Positions 39,370 through 52,228 of a stretch of 64,000 bases of DNA are shown in pieces. The stretch covers positions 1,860,001 to 1,924,000 of the forward strand of contig NC_043014.1 in assembly GCF_006345805.1 (NCBI RefSeq), read 5' to 3'. The first letter of the stretch is position 1; each line of letters opens with the position of its first letter. Source of the DNA: Octopus sinensis (Eukaryota). Below the pieces are notes generated by a model. It was not told where the DNA came from. It made no database searches and saw nothing but the letters and a program-made list of their open reading frames with translations. Position numbers and translations under genes: made by a program.

Positions 39370-40436
39370 CTGAAACAGAAAAACACAGAATTACATTGGA
39401 CATTGGAAAACATGCGAGATTAATTCTTGAAGTCTTTGTACTTCACATAATTGTGCAGGGGTTCACAATTTGGAATCTACAAAAGTAGTAAAGGGGCTTC
39501 ATAAACAGGGCTTGCAATTTTAAAACGGTACAGTATAAAATATATAATTACTTAGTTACATGTAATTATTCAAATACAAATGTTTTTAATTGACATAGCA
39601 AATTAGGGAAATGTGTCCCTTAAACCCTTTATTTCTGTTGAAATACACTGCGCTTGTTGCAGTTAGTTTTGAAAATAACAAAGAATTTAGTAAAATCATC
39701 ATCATCATCATCATCATCGTTTAGCGTCTGCTTTCCATGCTAGCATGGGTTGGACAGTTCAACTGGGGTCTGGGAAACCAGAAGGCTGCACCAGGCCCAG
39801 TTAGATCTGGCAGTGTTTCTACAGCTGGATGCCCTTCCTAACGCCAACCACTCCGTGAGTGTAGTGGGTGCTTTTTATGTGCCACCGACACAGGTGCCAG
39901 ACGAGGCTGGCGAACGACCACGCTCGGATGGTGTTTTTTATGTGCCACCGACACAGGTGCCAGACAAGGCTGGTGAACGGCCACGCTCGGATGGTGTTTT
40001 TTTTTTTATGTGCCACGGACACAGGTGTGCCACTAGTGTTATTAAGCATAATGAGGAATTTTGATGGAAGAGTTTACTTAGGATCACTTTAGAAAAAGAG
40101 GTTTGTATCACAGAATTTGGCGCAATCTCAGACAGTCAACATTAAAAGGGTTTAAATCAAAATATAGTAATCCCTTGCCATATTAAGGGTCACCTATCAC
40201 ACATTCAGCACATTGCAGATTTTTCTGGCTAATAGATTCCTTTGTTTGTTTCAGTCATTTGACTGCGGCCATGCTGGAGCACTGCCTTTTTAGTTGAACA
40301 AATCAACCCCAGGATTTATTCTTTGTAAGCCTAGTATTTATTTTATCGGTCTCTTTTGTCGAACCACTAAGTTACCGGGAAGTAAACACACCAACATCGG
40401 TTGTCAAGCAATGGACAAACACAGACACACAAACGT

Positions 40437-40503
<67 letters not shown>

Positions 40504-43500
40504 CATATATATATCTATATATACATACATATACACACACACACAACAAGCTTCTTTCAGTTTCCGTCTACCAAATCCACTCACAAGACATTGGTCGGCC
40601 CGAGGCTATTATAGAAGGCAAGGTGCCATGCAGTGGGACCGAACTGGGAACCATGTGGTTGGGAAGCAAGCTTCTTACCACACAGCCCGCGGACTCCTCA
40701 GTATATCCAGGTTTCTGCAGCCGATAGGGATTTATATTTTTTTTAGATTTTGATTATTTCTGTGTAAGGTTTTGGAATGTAACATCCGCGATAGTCGAGA
40801 GATTACTGCAATGCATAGATTTGGCTCTAAGGGAAAATTACATTCTTCACTCTTTCGTTACCATAGTTCTCTTGAAATACAATGCCTCTGTTTCAATGAA
40901 TTTTGAGAAAAAACAAAGAATTTAGAGAAATAACTTTGTCGTTATTAAGAAGGTGTTTGAGAAAAAATTAAAGTGAAATTTTGATGAAGGATTTTAATTG
41001 AGGCAAGTTTAAACCTTTAGCATTCACTTAACTCTATCAAATGAAATGCTTATCTCTCTTTACTCTTTTACTTGTTTCAGTCATTTGACTGCGGCCATGC
41101 TGGAGCACCGCCTTTAGTCGAGCACATTGACCCCAGAACTTATTCTTTGTAAGCCTAGTACTTATTCTATTGGTCTCTTTTGCCAAACTGCTAAGTTATG
41201 GAGATGTAAACATACCAGCATCGGTTATCAAGCGATGTTGGGGGGACAAACACAGACACAAACACACACATATATATATATACGACAGGCTTCTTTCAGT
41301 TTCCGTCTACCAAATCCATTCACAAGGCTTCGGTCAGCCCGAGGCTATAGTAGAAGACACTCGCCCAAGGTGCCACGCAGTGGGACTGAACCTGGTGCCA
41401 TGTGGTTGGTAAGCAAGCTACTTACCACACAGCCACTCCTGCGCCTATTCACATTTTTAAAAAATTAATCTTGCATAGTCTTGTAACTTCAAGATTGCAA
41501 TGATGTGATGGTTTAGTTTTAGAATGACATTGTAGGATAAGTGTGAGAATCCAGATCCAGTTAGTTTGAACATAAGACAGATATAATATCTGGGCTGGAT
41601 ATGCCCAGTTTAAATACTAAACAGGGCTGGCCCCAGGGTTGCTGGTGTCCCAAGCAAGCTGAACTTCAACGTGTACATGCTGAAGGACATGGAAATTTCT
41701 TCATCTTTGTGATACCCTCCTTGGTGATCCCTAACACATGGCGCCCCAGGCAAGTGCCTGGGTTGCTGGTCGGAACCTTGAGCTGGCCCTGACGCTAAAG
41801 GGTTAAAACAAGAAACTTGTATCATAGAACCAGGGAGCAGTCTCAGACAAGCTGGTATGAAAATGAGTTAAAGAAAAAGGGTTCTTGGTAGTGAAAAAAT
41901 ATGAGGAAATAGGGCACCAGTGATTCTGTCAGGGAAGTGGAGGCAAGTCGATCAAAAGGAAATTCAGTAAGGATCAGTATAAATGAGTGAGAAGAAGAAA
42001 AAGGGGCAAATGAAAGGGTGAGAGAAAGTGTGGGTTATGAAAGAGGAAATGTTTAGGGACTTACCAAATGCCTGAGGCCATTGAATAAGTGATATAACAT
42101 AGGAAATATCACTGTGTACTTGGCCGCAATGATTATATTAGGGTTCAAATTCATCTGTTTCACCATGTCAACATAGTGAGGGAAGTCATGAGGTAAAACT
42201 AAAACCCCTAAGGCCATGCCGGTCATACCTGCAACAAAACAGAAAAATCATTTGATATAAAGGGTCTTTGATCAACAGTTTTGGCTCCTAGTTTTTTGGA
42301 GGGGTTTTTTTTACATTTTGTTTACTCTTTTACTTGTATTACTCATTCGGCCGCGACTATGCTGGGGCACTGCTTTGAAGCAGTCCCACACACACACACA
42401 CACTCCCACATGCGTACAAACACACATGTACATTTTAACACGTGTACACACACTCACACATGCTCCAACATGCATACACACACACACACACTCTCCCTCG
42501 TGATATGCTTTTGCAGTTTCCATTTACCAAATTCCTTTACAAAGCACTGGTCAGCCTGGGGCCAGAGCAGAAGACACTGTGCAGTGGGACTGAACTGGAG
42601 ACCAATGGTTGGTGCAAGTATGGGTAAGGGGCAGGCGTGACTAGGAGACGAAATAAGAGATTCGGTGACTGAGTGACAATTGCCAGGTTAAAATACCATT
42701 CCCACAGAGGTCAACAAAATGGTATTTGCAGAGAAAACGTTGGAGAAATTCACAAGAGGTGAGAGATGGACTGTGTGGTTTGGGAAAGAGAGCCATCTTT
42801 GGAAACTTCACCTCTCTCTGGCCACATGGTTTCCTAGTTCAGTACCACTGCATGGCACCTTGGGCAAGTGTCTTGCTGTTATAGTGCCAGGGCAAACAAG
42901 TAAAGCTTTGTGAGTGGATTTGGCAGACAGAAACTGAAGGAAGCCCATTTGTGTGTGTGTGCAAATTTGTGTTTGTGAGTGTATATACATATTTGTATGC
43001 CATCATCGTTTAACATCTGCTTTCCATGCTGGCATGGGTTGGACAATTTGACTAAGGACTGGCAAGCCAGGAGGCTGCACCAGGCTCCAATCTGATCTGG
43101 CAAAGTTTCTACAGCTGGATGTCCTTCCTAATGCCAACCACTCTGAGAGTGTAGTGGGTGCCTTTAATGTGCCACTGGCACAAGAGCCAGACAAGGAGGA
43201 CCTGGCATCGACCATGTTTGGATGATGCATTTTACGTGCCACTGGCATGGGAGCCAGTCAGGGGTCACTGGCCACAGCTACAATCTTGATTTTACTTGAC
43301 TCAACAGATCTTCCCAAGCATATCATACCGCCTGACACATCAAGAGTACTTTTAAATGGGCTGGACGTGCAACACTGGCATCGGCCATGGCTGTGATCTC
43401 CCTCTAGTTACCAGGTCATGTGTGCGTACGTGTGTGTGTGTCCTTGACCGGTCATCAAATGACTGTTGTAAATGAATGCCATTCGTTTCCAATATTCTGC

Positions 43501-46500
43501 AAAAAAACACCCAGGTTGAGTACGATGAAGAAATTCTTTACTTACCAGCAGAAAGGACGATTCCAGTTGCACGGTGAGCCACGGACAAAATAGATGTCAG
43601 CTGCGGTCTGGAATGGAGAAATTCGGGGAAGAAAAAAATGAAATTCAAATATCTGAGAAACTAAAATAATAAGCACATTTATTTTTAACACAGTACTCTT
43701 CTCTTTGTTTCAGTCATTGGACTGTGGCCATGCTGGAACACAGCATTGTGGAGTTATTTCTAAGCCTACTACTTGTTTTAGAACTTTAGTACCTTTGCTA
43801 AGTTATGGGGATGTTAACAAACCAACACTGGTTATCAAGCAGTTGAGGGACAAATACAATGATATACATGCGCTTACAAGTGTGTATATATACCATCATC
43901 ATCATCATCATCATCAAATGTCCATTGCCCATGCTGGCATGGGTTGGACGGTTTGACTGGGCTGACATGCTTGAAGGCTCCATCAGACTCATGATTTACT
44001 ATGGTTGGATACCCTTCCTAACACCAACCACTCCAAGAGTGTAATGGGTGCTTTTACATGCAACTGGCACAGGTGCCATTTGCATGACACCAGGGTGCAT
44101 TTACATGCCACTAGCATGTGGGGAGGACAAACAACACACACAGATACATACATATATATATCTATATATACGACGGGTTTCTTTCAATTTCCATCTACCA
44201 AATCAACTCACAAGGCTTTGGTCAGCCCAGTGCTATAGGAGAAGACACTTGCCAAAGTGATTATATTGCTAATGCAATATAATTAATATTGTTAAAGGGT
44301 TCAAGCTGAGTATTTGTCATGCTGTATTGTCAAAATGGGGATGGATGCAGGCACGAATGTGTATTTATGCAGGCTGCCTTGTAACCACAAGGTCATGGGA
44401 TCCATCTCACTACATGGTACCTCAAGCAAGTGTCTTCCATAGCCTTGGCTTAATCAATGCCCTGTTAACAAAACTGACATACAAAAAGTGTACAGTAGTC
44501 CAGTGTATGTGTGTGTGTGATCACCATCATTGTTTAACCATTCTGAATTCAGATTTCTTTGTCTAATGTAATAATTCATTTATATTTTTTTAAAAATTAA
44601 TCCTTTATTATCTTGTAGCTTTGAGATTTCAAAGATGTGATTGTTTATTTTTAGAATGACATTGCAGGTGGATGTAAAAGGCTGGATCTGACCAGTTTGA
44701 ACACAGTACAGGTAGGATATCTGGACCAGAGTTGGCCAGTTTAAAGGTTAAAAGTCCTCTTTACCATGCTTGCATGGGTTGGATGGCATTCATTGTGACA
44801 AATTCTCTATGGACGGATCCCCTTCTTGTTACCTATTTCCAAGCAAGGTAATATTTCCCCTTGGCCAGACATGTTTTCACAGGAAAATATTTCACAGAAA
44901 ATATTTCACAGAAAAGCGACAGGTGAACTGAGACGAGAGAGAGTTAAGGGGAATATAAACTTGAAAGGGCATGTGGAGGCATGATGCCTTGTTTTGAAAA
45001 CGTGGAATGCAATAATAATATTTACTTGTAGATGGTCAGATGAGGGGACATTGGCCTCTTCAGGCGTTTATTTTTCTCCCAGAAATATTTCATGTCTTCA
45101 TACGACCGTTCTGAAGTGGAGGCCATCACAGCAGGAATTCTGAAAAGGCAAAAAGCAAAAATATAATAGAATTAAAAATCAGATTTATAATCAAAAATTT
45201 CAGGTGAGTGACAGATACAATGAAAGATTCAGATGCGAATTGAAACTAGAACCAACAATTAATTATACAACATATATTCTTTTCTACTCTAGGCACAAGG
45301 CCTGAAATTTTGGGGGAGGGGGCCAGTCAATTAAATTGACCCCAGTATGCAAATGGTACTTAATTTATCAACCCCAAAAGGATAAAAGGCAAACTCGACT
45401 TTGGCAGAATTTGAACTCAGAACATAAAGACAGACAAAATACAGTTAAGCATTTCACCCAGTGTGAATCATACAACAGATATAAGATAACTTGTCCAGCA
45501 CTCTACCAACTGCACCATACTTAATGTACTTTATGAAAATTTCCCTCACTCAATCCAAGCCATTTTCATAAAATGATAAATTAATAATTCCTTCTACTAT
45601 TGGTACAAGACCTGGATATTTGGGGCAGGGAGCAAGTTGGTTACATCGAGTCATGCATCCCAAAACATGACTGGTGCTTATTTTATCGACCCTGAAAGGA
45701 TGAAAGGCAAAGTTGACCCTCGGCGGAATTTGAATGCAGAATATGATGCCAGTAGCCCCTGACTCGATGACACCCCCCTGCCCAGACTGGCTCCCATGCT
45801 GGTGGTATGTAAAAAGCATCATCCAAACGTGACCGATGCTAGCACTGCCTGACTGGCTTCCATGCCAGTTCGTCGTTCGTTTGTTTAGCGTCCGCTTTCC
45901 ATGCTGGCATGGGTTGGACGGTGCAACTGGGGTCTGGGAAGCCAGAAGGCTGCACCAGGCCCAGCCTGATCTGGCAATGTTTCTATGGCTGGATGCCCTT
46001 CCTAACGCCAACCACTCCATGAGTGTAGTGGGTGCTTTTTACGTGCCACCGGCACAGGTGCCAGGCGAGGCTGGTAAACAGCCACGATCGGATGGTGCTT
46101 TTTACGTGCCACCAGCACGGAGGCCAGGCAAGGCTGGCAACGGCCAAATGGCACATAAAAAGCATTCACTACACTCTCAGAGTGGTTGGCATTAGGAAGG
46201 GCATCCAGCTGTTACCCTATTTCTGCAGAAAGCACTACCTTGGTTTTTATTACTTTAGAAAATAATGAATTTAGAGAAATAACTTTCATTGTCATCATAA
46301 TGTCTGCTTTCCATGCTGGCATGGGTTGGACGGTTTGACAAGAGATGGCCAGGCATGAATCTGCACCAGACTTCTGTGCTTGTTTTAACATCCTTTTTTA
46401 CAGCTGGATGCCCTTCCTAACACCAACTACCTGGCAAAGAGAGCAGAGTGCAGTTTACATGGCACAAGCACAGCCAAGGGTCAGTTTTGGTTTTTACAGC

Positions 46501-48284
46501 TGGATCCAACTTCGTTATCATTAATTTGGTGCTGGGAACATAAATTAACATGAAATTTCGACAAATAGGCACAGGAGTGGCTGTGTGGTAAGTAGCTTGC
46601 TAACCAACCACATGGTTCCGGGTTCAGTCCCACTGCGTGGCATCTTGGGCAGGTGTCTTCTGCTATAGCCCCAGGCCGACCAATGCCTTGTGAGTGGATT
46701 TGGTAGACGGAAACTGAAAGAAGCCTGTCGTATATATGTATATATATGTGTGTCTGTATATGTTTGTGTGTCTGTGTTTGTCCCCCTAGCATTGCTTGAC
46801 AACCGATGCTGGTGTGCTTACGGCTCCGTCACTTAGCGGTTTGGCAAAAGAGACCGATAGAATAAGTACTGGGCTTACAAAGAATAAGTCCCGGGGTCGA
46901 TTTGCTCGACTAAAGGCGGTGCTCCAGCATGGCCGTAGTCAAATGACTGAAACAAGTAAAAGAGAGTAAAAGAGTAAATGCTTTTAATTTAGATATCTTT
47001 AAAACATGAGTTTTTAATCATACAGGTGAGGACAGTCTCAGGTAGGTTGGTATTAAAAAGGTTAACGCCTTAATACAGTATTAAGGTCCTTAAAACCCAA
47101 TTCAGTACCCATAAACTTCATTCGTAACTTACCTTGTATTAAGGAGAGTAAATGGCCGCTGGAACAGACACTGCTGTCGCACAACTGACCTGTTGTAGAA
47201 AATAATAAAATAAGTGTATTATTTGTGACATCAGGATGGTACAGGAAGATTAAACCCAGCTAATCCTTCTGGTAATCTACAATCAATGTTTTTTTTAGTA
47301 AAGTTAAAAGCAATTTCCTAAAACCGCTGTTAAAGTCAACACTTCTAAAAACCTTGTCAGGCCAATGACATTGTATATAAGTGAAGCCTGGATCACAAAA
47401 GGTGGCTGACACTAAGTGACTGAAAGCATTCAAGACTCTAGAGTTATGGCAAGTTCTATGAATCACTTTGGCAGCATGTAGGCCGAATGCTTAGGGAGTG
47501 GAATGGAAGTTGGTGATGGCAGGTAACATAAATTGCATCTGGCCCTCAATATTCACATACCCACCTTCAGATATACATCCATGTCTGTATGTTTACATAC
47601 ACAGAGATAACTTCAGGCTCTACATACAGAGATACAAACTTCAGGCACCATATACATACATAGTGACCTTTAGACACTATAGATACACATATACACCTTG
47701 GTAATTTATACACACACAGATCATATGTGTAGATATCATCATCATCGTTTAACATCTGTTCTCCATGCTAGCATGGGTTGGACGGTTCGATCAGGGTCTG
47801 GGAAGCCAGGAGGCTGCACCAGGCTCCAGTCTGATCTGGCAATGTTTCTATAGCTGGATGCCCTTCCTAACGCCAACCACTAAGAGATACAGAAGAGACA
47901 AAGAAAAGAAAAATTCCATCTGAAGAATGTCTTAACTAATTCAGTGGAGTATTTTCTCCTTTTGAGAATACTTTCCATACCAGAACACACACCTTGACCT
48001 TACTTTGATGAGTGTCAGAGACAGCACCCTTCCTGCAGTGAAGTTGTTACATAACAGGGCAGGTGAATGACCTAGCTTAGAACAGAGTCTGGCAGCAGTA
48101 TTAGATATATATATATATAGAGAGAGAGAGAGAGTAAGAGAGAGAGATGGCTGTGTGGTAAGAAATTTGCTTCCCAACCACATGGCTCCAGCATGGGCAA
48201 GTGCCTTCTACTATAGCCTCAGGCCAACCAAAGCCTTGTGAGTGGATTCAGTAGATGTAAATTGAAAGAAGCCCATCGTGTGTG

Positions 48285-48319
<35 letters not shown>

Positions 48320-48752
48320 TCAGAAATATTAAATTTCTAAATATCTCATAGAGATATGTAGGGTGGTGGGGTGATAGAATGGTTGTATACTGTCAACTTA
48401 ACGTAAGGGAATTACACCACCGCTGTTTAGCCCTAGGAAGCATCGACGCTTCCTAAGACGACAGGAAGCATCGATGCTTCCTTGGGCTAAACAGCGGTGG
48501 TGTAATTCCCTACTGTCACGTTAAGTTGACAGTGTACAACCACTCTATATATATATATATATATATATACTAAGCAATAAGGGTTTAGCAACGAGTTGCC
48601 TTACCACATACCGAATTTAGAAATAGCAGTCAAAGGGTTATAGCTATTTCTTCTACTAAAAAGGGAGATCTCAGTAAAAACAGCATTTGGAAGGCAGACA
48701 CAAACAGGTAAGAGAGAATGAATTGACTGCAATCTATCATACATTTTTTTAG

Positions 48753-48811
<59 letters not shown>

Positions 48812-48815
48812 TGGT

Positions 48816-48855
<40 letters not shown>

Positions 48856-49627
48856 TAATGAGAAAAATTCAAAGGCCGATGTATATATTCCTTCAGTCCA
48901 TATTAACGAAATTCTCCATGGTATACAATGTACATACACAGATGCATTCATCTCTATGAGATACAAAAAATTTCTAAGAATTTATAAATACATACATATA
49001 CACGAAAATTTACAAATATATAAAATTTCATGGATATATAACAATTTATAAACACTTGGCGGAATTCTAAGAGCATCATACGAAGTTCTTCGCGGTTCTC
49101 TTTCCACCTCTTCGCTTTCGAAATTCTTAGACCATAGAATAATAATTCCTTTACCGGGTTTAACCCTGCCAATACCAGAATCGCTCCGTCCTTTGCATAT
49201 CTTTAATACAGACCACCCTCAGTTGCACGTAATTAATGCCAGGTTTCTCTGATATGAAGATAACCAGCTTCTGTCTTTTCACCCAAACGCTGAATAATAA
49301 TAATAGAATTAAAGGTCCATGGGTGGACGCTGGCCCTCCATCCATGACTTAACTGTAGAATAAACAGGAAAGCCAACGAAGCCAAGGAAAAGCGATCGAT
49401 TTTGCAGCAAAACTTGCCGAAGGTCATCACTGAGATCAATTAGAGGACGAATTAAAGGCGTTTAAATGAATCTCAGGTGGAAGGGTGGCTGTTGTTAATG
49501 ACCAGGGTGGGAATGTGAGTGTGTGGCTGTCATGCCTCCCCATTGATAGCATCTAAATAAGACAATTCATAAATAAACACCAAATGTAAACAGAAAATCA
49601 GTTTCTTTACCTCAACAGCAACGACAT
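39262..49627 (-). CDS. SDHC: Succinate dehydrogenase cytochrome b560 subunit, 6 exons, 173 aa
   Basis: complement(join 49611-49627, 47133-47189, 45026-45139, 43546-43607, 42065-42228, 39262-39369) = 522 nt. All introns GT-AG. Contains [35 protein letters not shown] and [13 protein letters not shown], the SDHC signatures. Confidence 0.97.
39697..40030 (-). mobile_element. Family D retroposon
   Basis: Homology to 33388-33725. Confidence 0.8.
40246..40686 (-). mobile_element. SINE family A
   Basis: Homology to 31091-31473, with an internal (TA)n expansion. Confidence 0.82.
41057..41445 (-). mobile_element. SINE family A
   Basis: Full-length homolog. Confidence 0.88.
42065..42228 (-). CDS. SDHC: SDHC exon 5 ([16 protein letters not shown]...[10 protein letters not shown])
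   Basis: 164 bp, ttgttgcag acceptor, GTAAGT donor, phase 1 to 0. Confidence 0.97.
43003..43400 (-). mobile_element. Family D retroposon (diverged)
   Basis: Homology to 33388-33725. Confidence 0.7.
43546..43607 (-). CDS. SDHC: SDHC exon 4 ([20 protein letters not shown])
   Basis: 62 bp, ccattccag acceptor, GTAAGT donor. Confidence 0.97.
45026..45139 (-). CDS. SDHC: SDHC exon 3 (IPAVMAS...[19 protein letters not shown])
   Basis: 114 bp, ttttcag acceptor, GTAAAT donor. Confidence 0.97.
45775..46505. mobile_element. Nested family D fragments in both orientations
   Basis: Segment about 45985-46050 recurs inverted at about 46148-46212. Confidence 0.7.
46569..46978 (+). mobile_element. SINE family A, full length
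   Basis: A-box TGGCTGTGTGG, B-box GGTTCAGTCCC, (GAGTAAAA)n-like tail. Confidence 0.9.
47133..47189 (-). CDS. SDHC: SDHC exon 2 ([18 protein letters not shown]; transit peptide)
   Basis: 57 bp, tctacaacag acceptor, AAG|GTAAGT donor, phase 2 to 2. Confidence 0.9.
47735..47882 (-). mobile_element. Family D retroposon, truncated
   Basis: Homology to 33388-33725. Confidence 0.75.
48377..48545. mobile_element. Palindromic MITE with TA target duplication (Tc1/mariner-type)
   Basis: About 80-bp arms (ga(a/g)tggttgta(t/c)actgtcaacttaacgt...); TA on both sides; each arm ends in its own palindrome AGGAAGCATCGA(T/C)GCTTCCT. Confidence 0.85.
49611..49627 (-). CDS. SDHC: SDHC exon 1 coding part (MSLLL)
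   Basis: ATGTCGTTGCTGTTGAG|GTAAAG, phase 2. Confidence 0.88.
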
Positions 49628-49663
49628 GGTCGTTTCCTTGGGGTTGAAGCACGCTTTGTCTTC

Positions 49664-49714
49664 TGCGCATGCCCACCGGAAGTGCTACCTCCGGAAGTGC
49701 TACCTCCGGAAGTG
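49664..49714. promoter_or_regulatory. SDHC proximal promoter: NRF-1-like site plus three ETS/GABP (NRF-2) sites
   Basis: TGCGCATGCC at 49664-49673; CCGGAAGTG at 49676, 49691 and 49706 (15-bp period), 37-87 bp upstream of the ATG. Confidence 0.75.
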
Positions 49715-49862
49715 CTACAACCTCTTCGTCTATTCCGTCGTTCTTTTAGAGACTTGATGTGGTCGGCTTATCTGCAAGAAATAGCAGTCAAATCCTATCC
49801 TACTGTCTCTAAAAACAGAAGGATTCTATGACCTGTTTGTTTATTTCTTCGTTGTGTCATTT

Positions 49863-50089
49863 GGTTCTACTTGAGAACAGTGGTCCCAGTGCGCGCACTC
49901 GCGTACTCGCGCATCCGCGCCAGCTAGTCATAACTAGTCGATCCTTACTTTGTGTTTTTGTATTTTATTTACTTTGTGTAAAAAAAATATTTATTTTATT
50001 TGTTGTAGGATCGACTAGTCACGATTAGCTAGCGCGGATGCGCGACTATGCGAGTGCGCGCCCCGGGACCACTGTTCTCAAGTAGTACC
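49863..50089. mobile_element. MITE/fold-back with ~80-bp CpG-rich TIRs and a 61-bp AT-rich spacer
   Basis: ctacttgagaacagtggtccc...ctagtcgatcct (49867-49945) versus its reverse complement (50007-50085); TSD not resolved. Confidence 0.85.
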
Positions 50090-50600
50090 CTATCATTTTA
50101 TTCCACCATTCTTACATCGACTCAATTACCTTATAGAGACAAGACATCTGACGTGGTCAGTCGATCTGCTAGAAATAGTAGTCAAACTTCTCCCAACTCA
50201 CTCCCTAATTCCTTTAAAAATAGAAGGACAACACATTGCCACCTATTCGTTATACTATTCTTTATTTTGCTTCTATTTTTATTTTTACTTTTATTTTTAT
50301 GTCCATTTTACTTATTTTGCGTCTTAATTTTTTTATATATATTTCTTCTTTTTTCTATTTTCTTTTTGTATTTATATTTTTGATCTCGATTCTTGGAAAA
50401 ACTTTTGTTTTTATTTCACATAAATAATAATTTCTTTTTTAGAAAAAGTAATTAGTGTTATTTTCATAATTAGAATTAGTAGATTTGTTACACTTTCATA
50501 GACAGAGAGTGAGATGTGGTGGGGGAGGTAAGGCGACAGTCGAAGTAGTTCGGCTATTTCCGGCATTCTCCGGTATTTTTCACCAATTGAATCTTTTTAT

Positions 50601-50956
50601 CTTTTATCTTTTACCTGTTTCAGTCATTAGACTGCGGCCAAGATGGGGCACCGTCTTGAAGAATTTTAGTCGAACGAATCTACCCCAGTACCTATTTTTT
50701 AAGCCTGGTACTTATTCGATCGGGACGTAAATACACCAACACCGGTTGTCAAATGGTGGTGGGGATACAAACACACGCGCACACACACAGAAAGGTAAGA
50801 CGGGGTTCAATCAGTTTCCATCTATCCACTCACTGGGTTTTGGTCAGCAGGAGGCTGTAATAGAAGACACTTGCCCAAGGTGCCACGCAGTGGGACTGAA
50901 CCCAGAACCATGTGGCTGGAAAACAAATTTGTTACCCTATAACTACGCTTGCACCT
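50601..50956 (-). mobile_element. SINE family A (diverged)
   Basis: Homology; head-to-head with the next copy. Confidence 0.72.
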
Positions 50957-50983
50957 ATTTAGATAGTAAAAATTAATAAATAA

Positions 50984-51360
50984 GCGCAGGAGTGGCTGTG
51001 TGGTAAGAAGCTTGCTTCCCAACCACATGGTTCCGGGTTCAGTCCCACTGCGTGGCACCTTGGGCAAGTGTCTTCTACTATAGCCTTGGGCGGAGCAAAG
51101 CCTTATGAGTGAATTTGGTAGACGGAAACTGAAACGAAGCCCGTCGTATATATATATATGTATTTGTGTTTGTCCACCCCACCATCACATGACAACCGAT
51201 GTTGGTGTGTTTATGTTCCCGTAACTTAGCGGTTCGGCAAAAGAGACCGATAGAATAAGTACCAGGCTTACAAAGAATAAATCCAGGGGTCGATTTCGTC
51301 AACTAAAAAGCGGTGCTCCAGCATGGCCACAGTCAAAATGACTGAAATAAGTAAAAGAAT
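50984..51360 (+). mobile_element. SINE family A
   Basis: Full-length homolog. Confidence 0.85.
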
Positions 51361-52228
51361 AAAAAAAAAAGTATTATTGATGAAGAGAAATATTCATAGA
51401 AATATTTTGGCATTGAGAAACAGAAATAAGAATTACAGAACCCGGTCTCGAATTTTTTTTTCCCACGAGCGTTCCGGACCCCAGTTATGAACTCATTTGC
51501 ATACAGCCAATCAGAGCTCAACTACCAAACAAATTTATGAGCGGAAAACAAGTGATGGGCAATAAGGTCACTTGGGTAAGGAAGGACCATGCTTCTTTTC
51601 TCTTTTAAGAATGTTTGTTGTTCTTGTTCTTGATCCAACCATGGCTGCCTCTGCGTAGTTATTTGTGTTGTTGTTTACTTTGTAAAAGAGTAAGGGGAGA
51701 GGGTTCCCTGCACATCACCCTCTACCCACATTGTTTCCCATCCTCATCTTTTCCATATGGGACCCTAACAAAATCCGAAAACAGGTAGAGATGCCAATCT
51801 ATCAAATTACTTGTTTCCTTCTAAAACCAGACAGAACTTGGCGATCGGTCGACTTACAACACCGTTCTTCGTCTTGGGTTTACTTAAAAATAATAATAAT
51901 AATAATGAAATTATTGTATACAGTGCTCAGGTGCACCACACAAAAAAAAACTCTTACAAAGAGCCTCAAGCCAAGATTGAACCTTAGTGAAAGAGGTTTG
52001 TGTGTGTTACTGTGTCCATGGCTTTACCCACAAGACCATTGAGACAACAACTTGGTAGAGTGTGTTTGTTAACTCGACACCAAGGTGAAAGTGAGCTCTG
52101 ATTGGCTGTAAACAACCCTTGCTGTTATCACTAATGTGTCTGTGTACATCTGTCGACATACGAAACGAAAGGAAAGAAGAGAAAGTGTGTTTTGTATTTC
52201 ATCATTTTGTACAACGAATAGCGCAACA

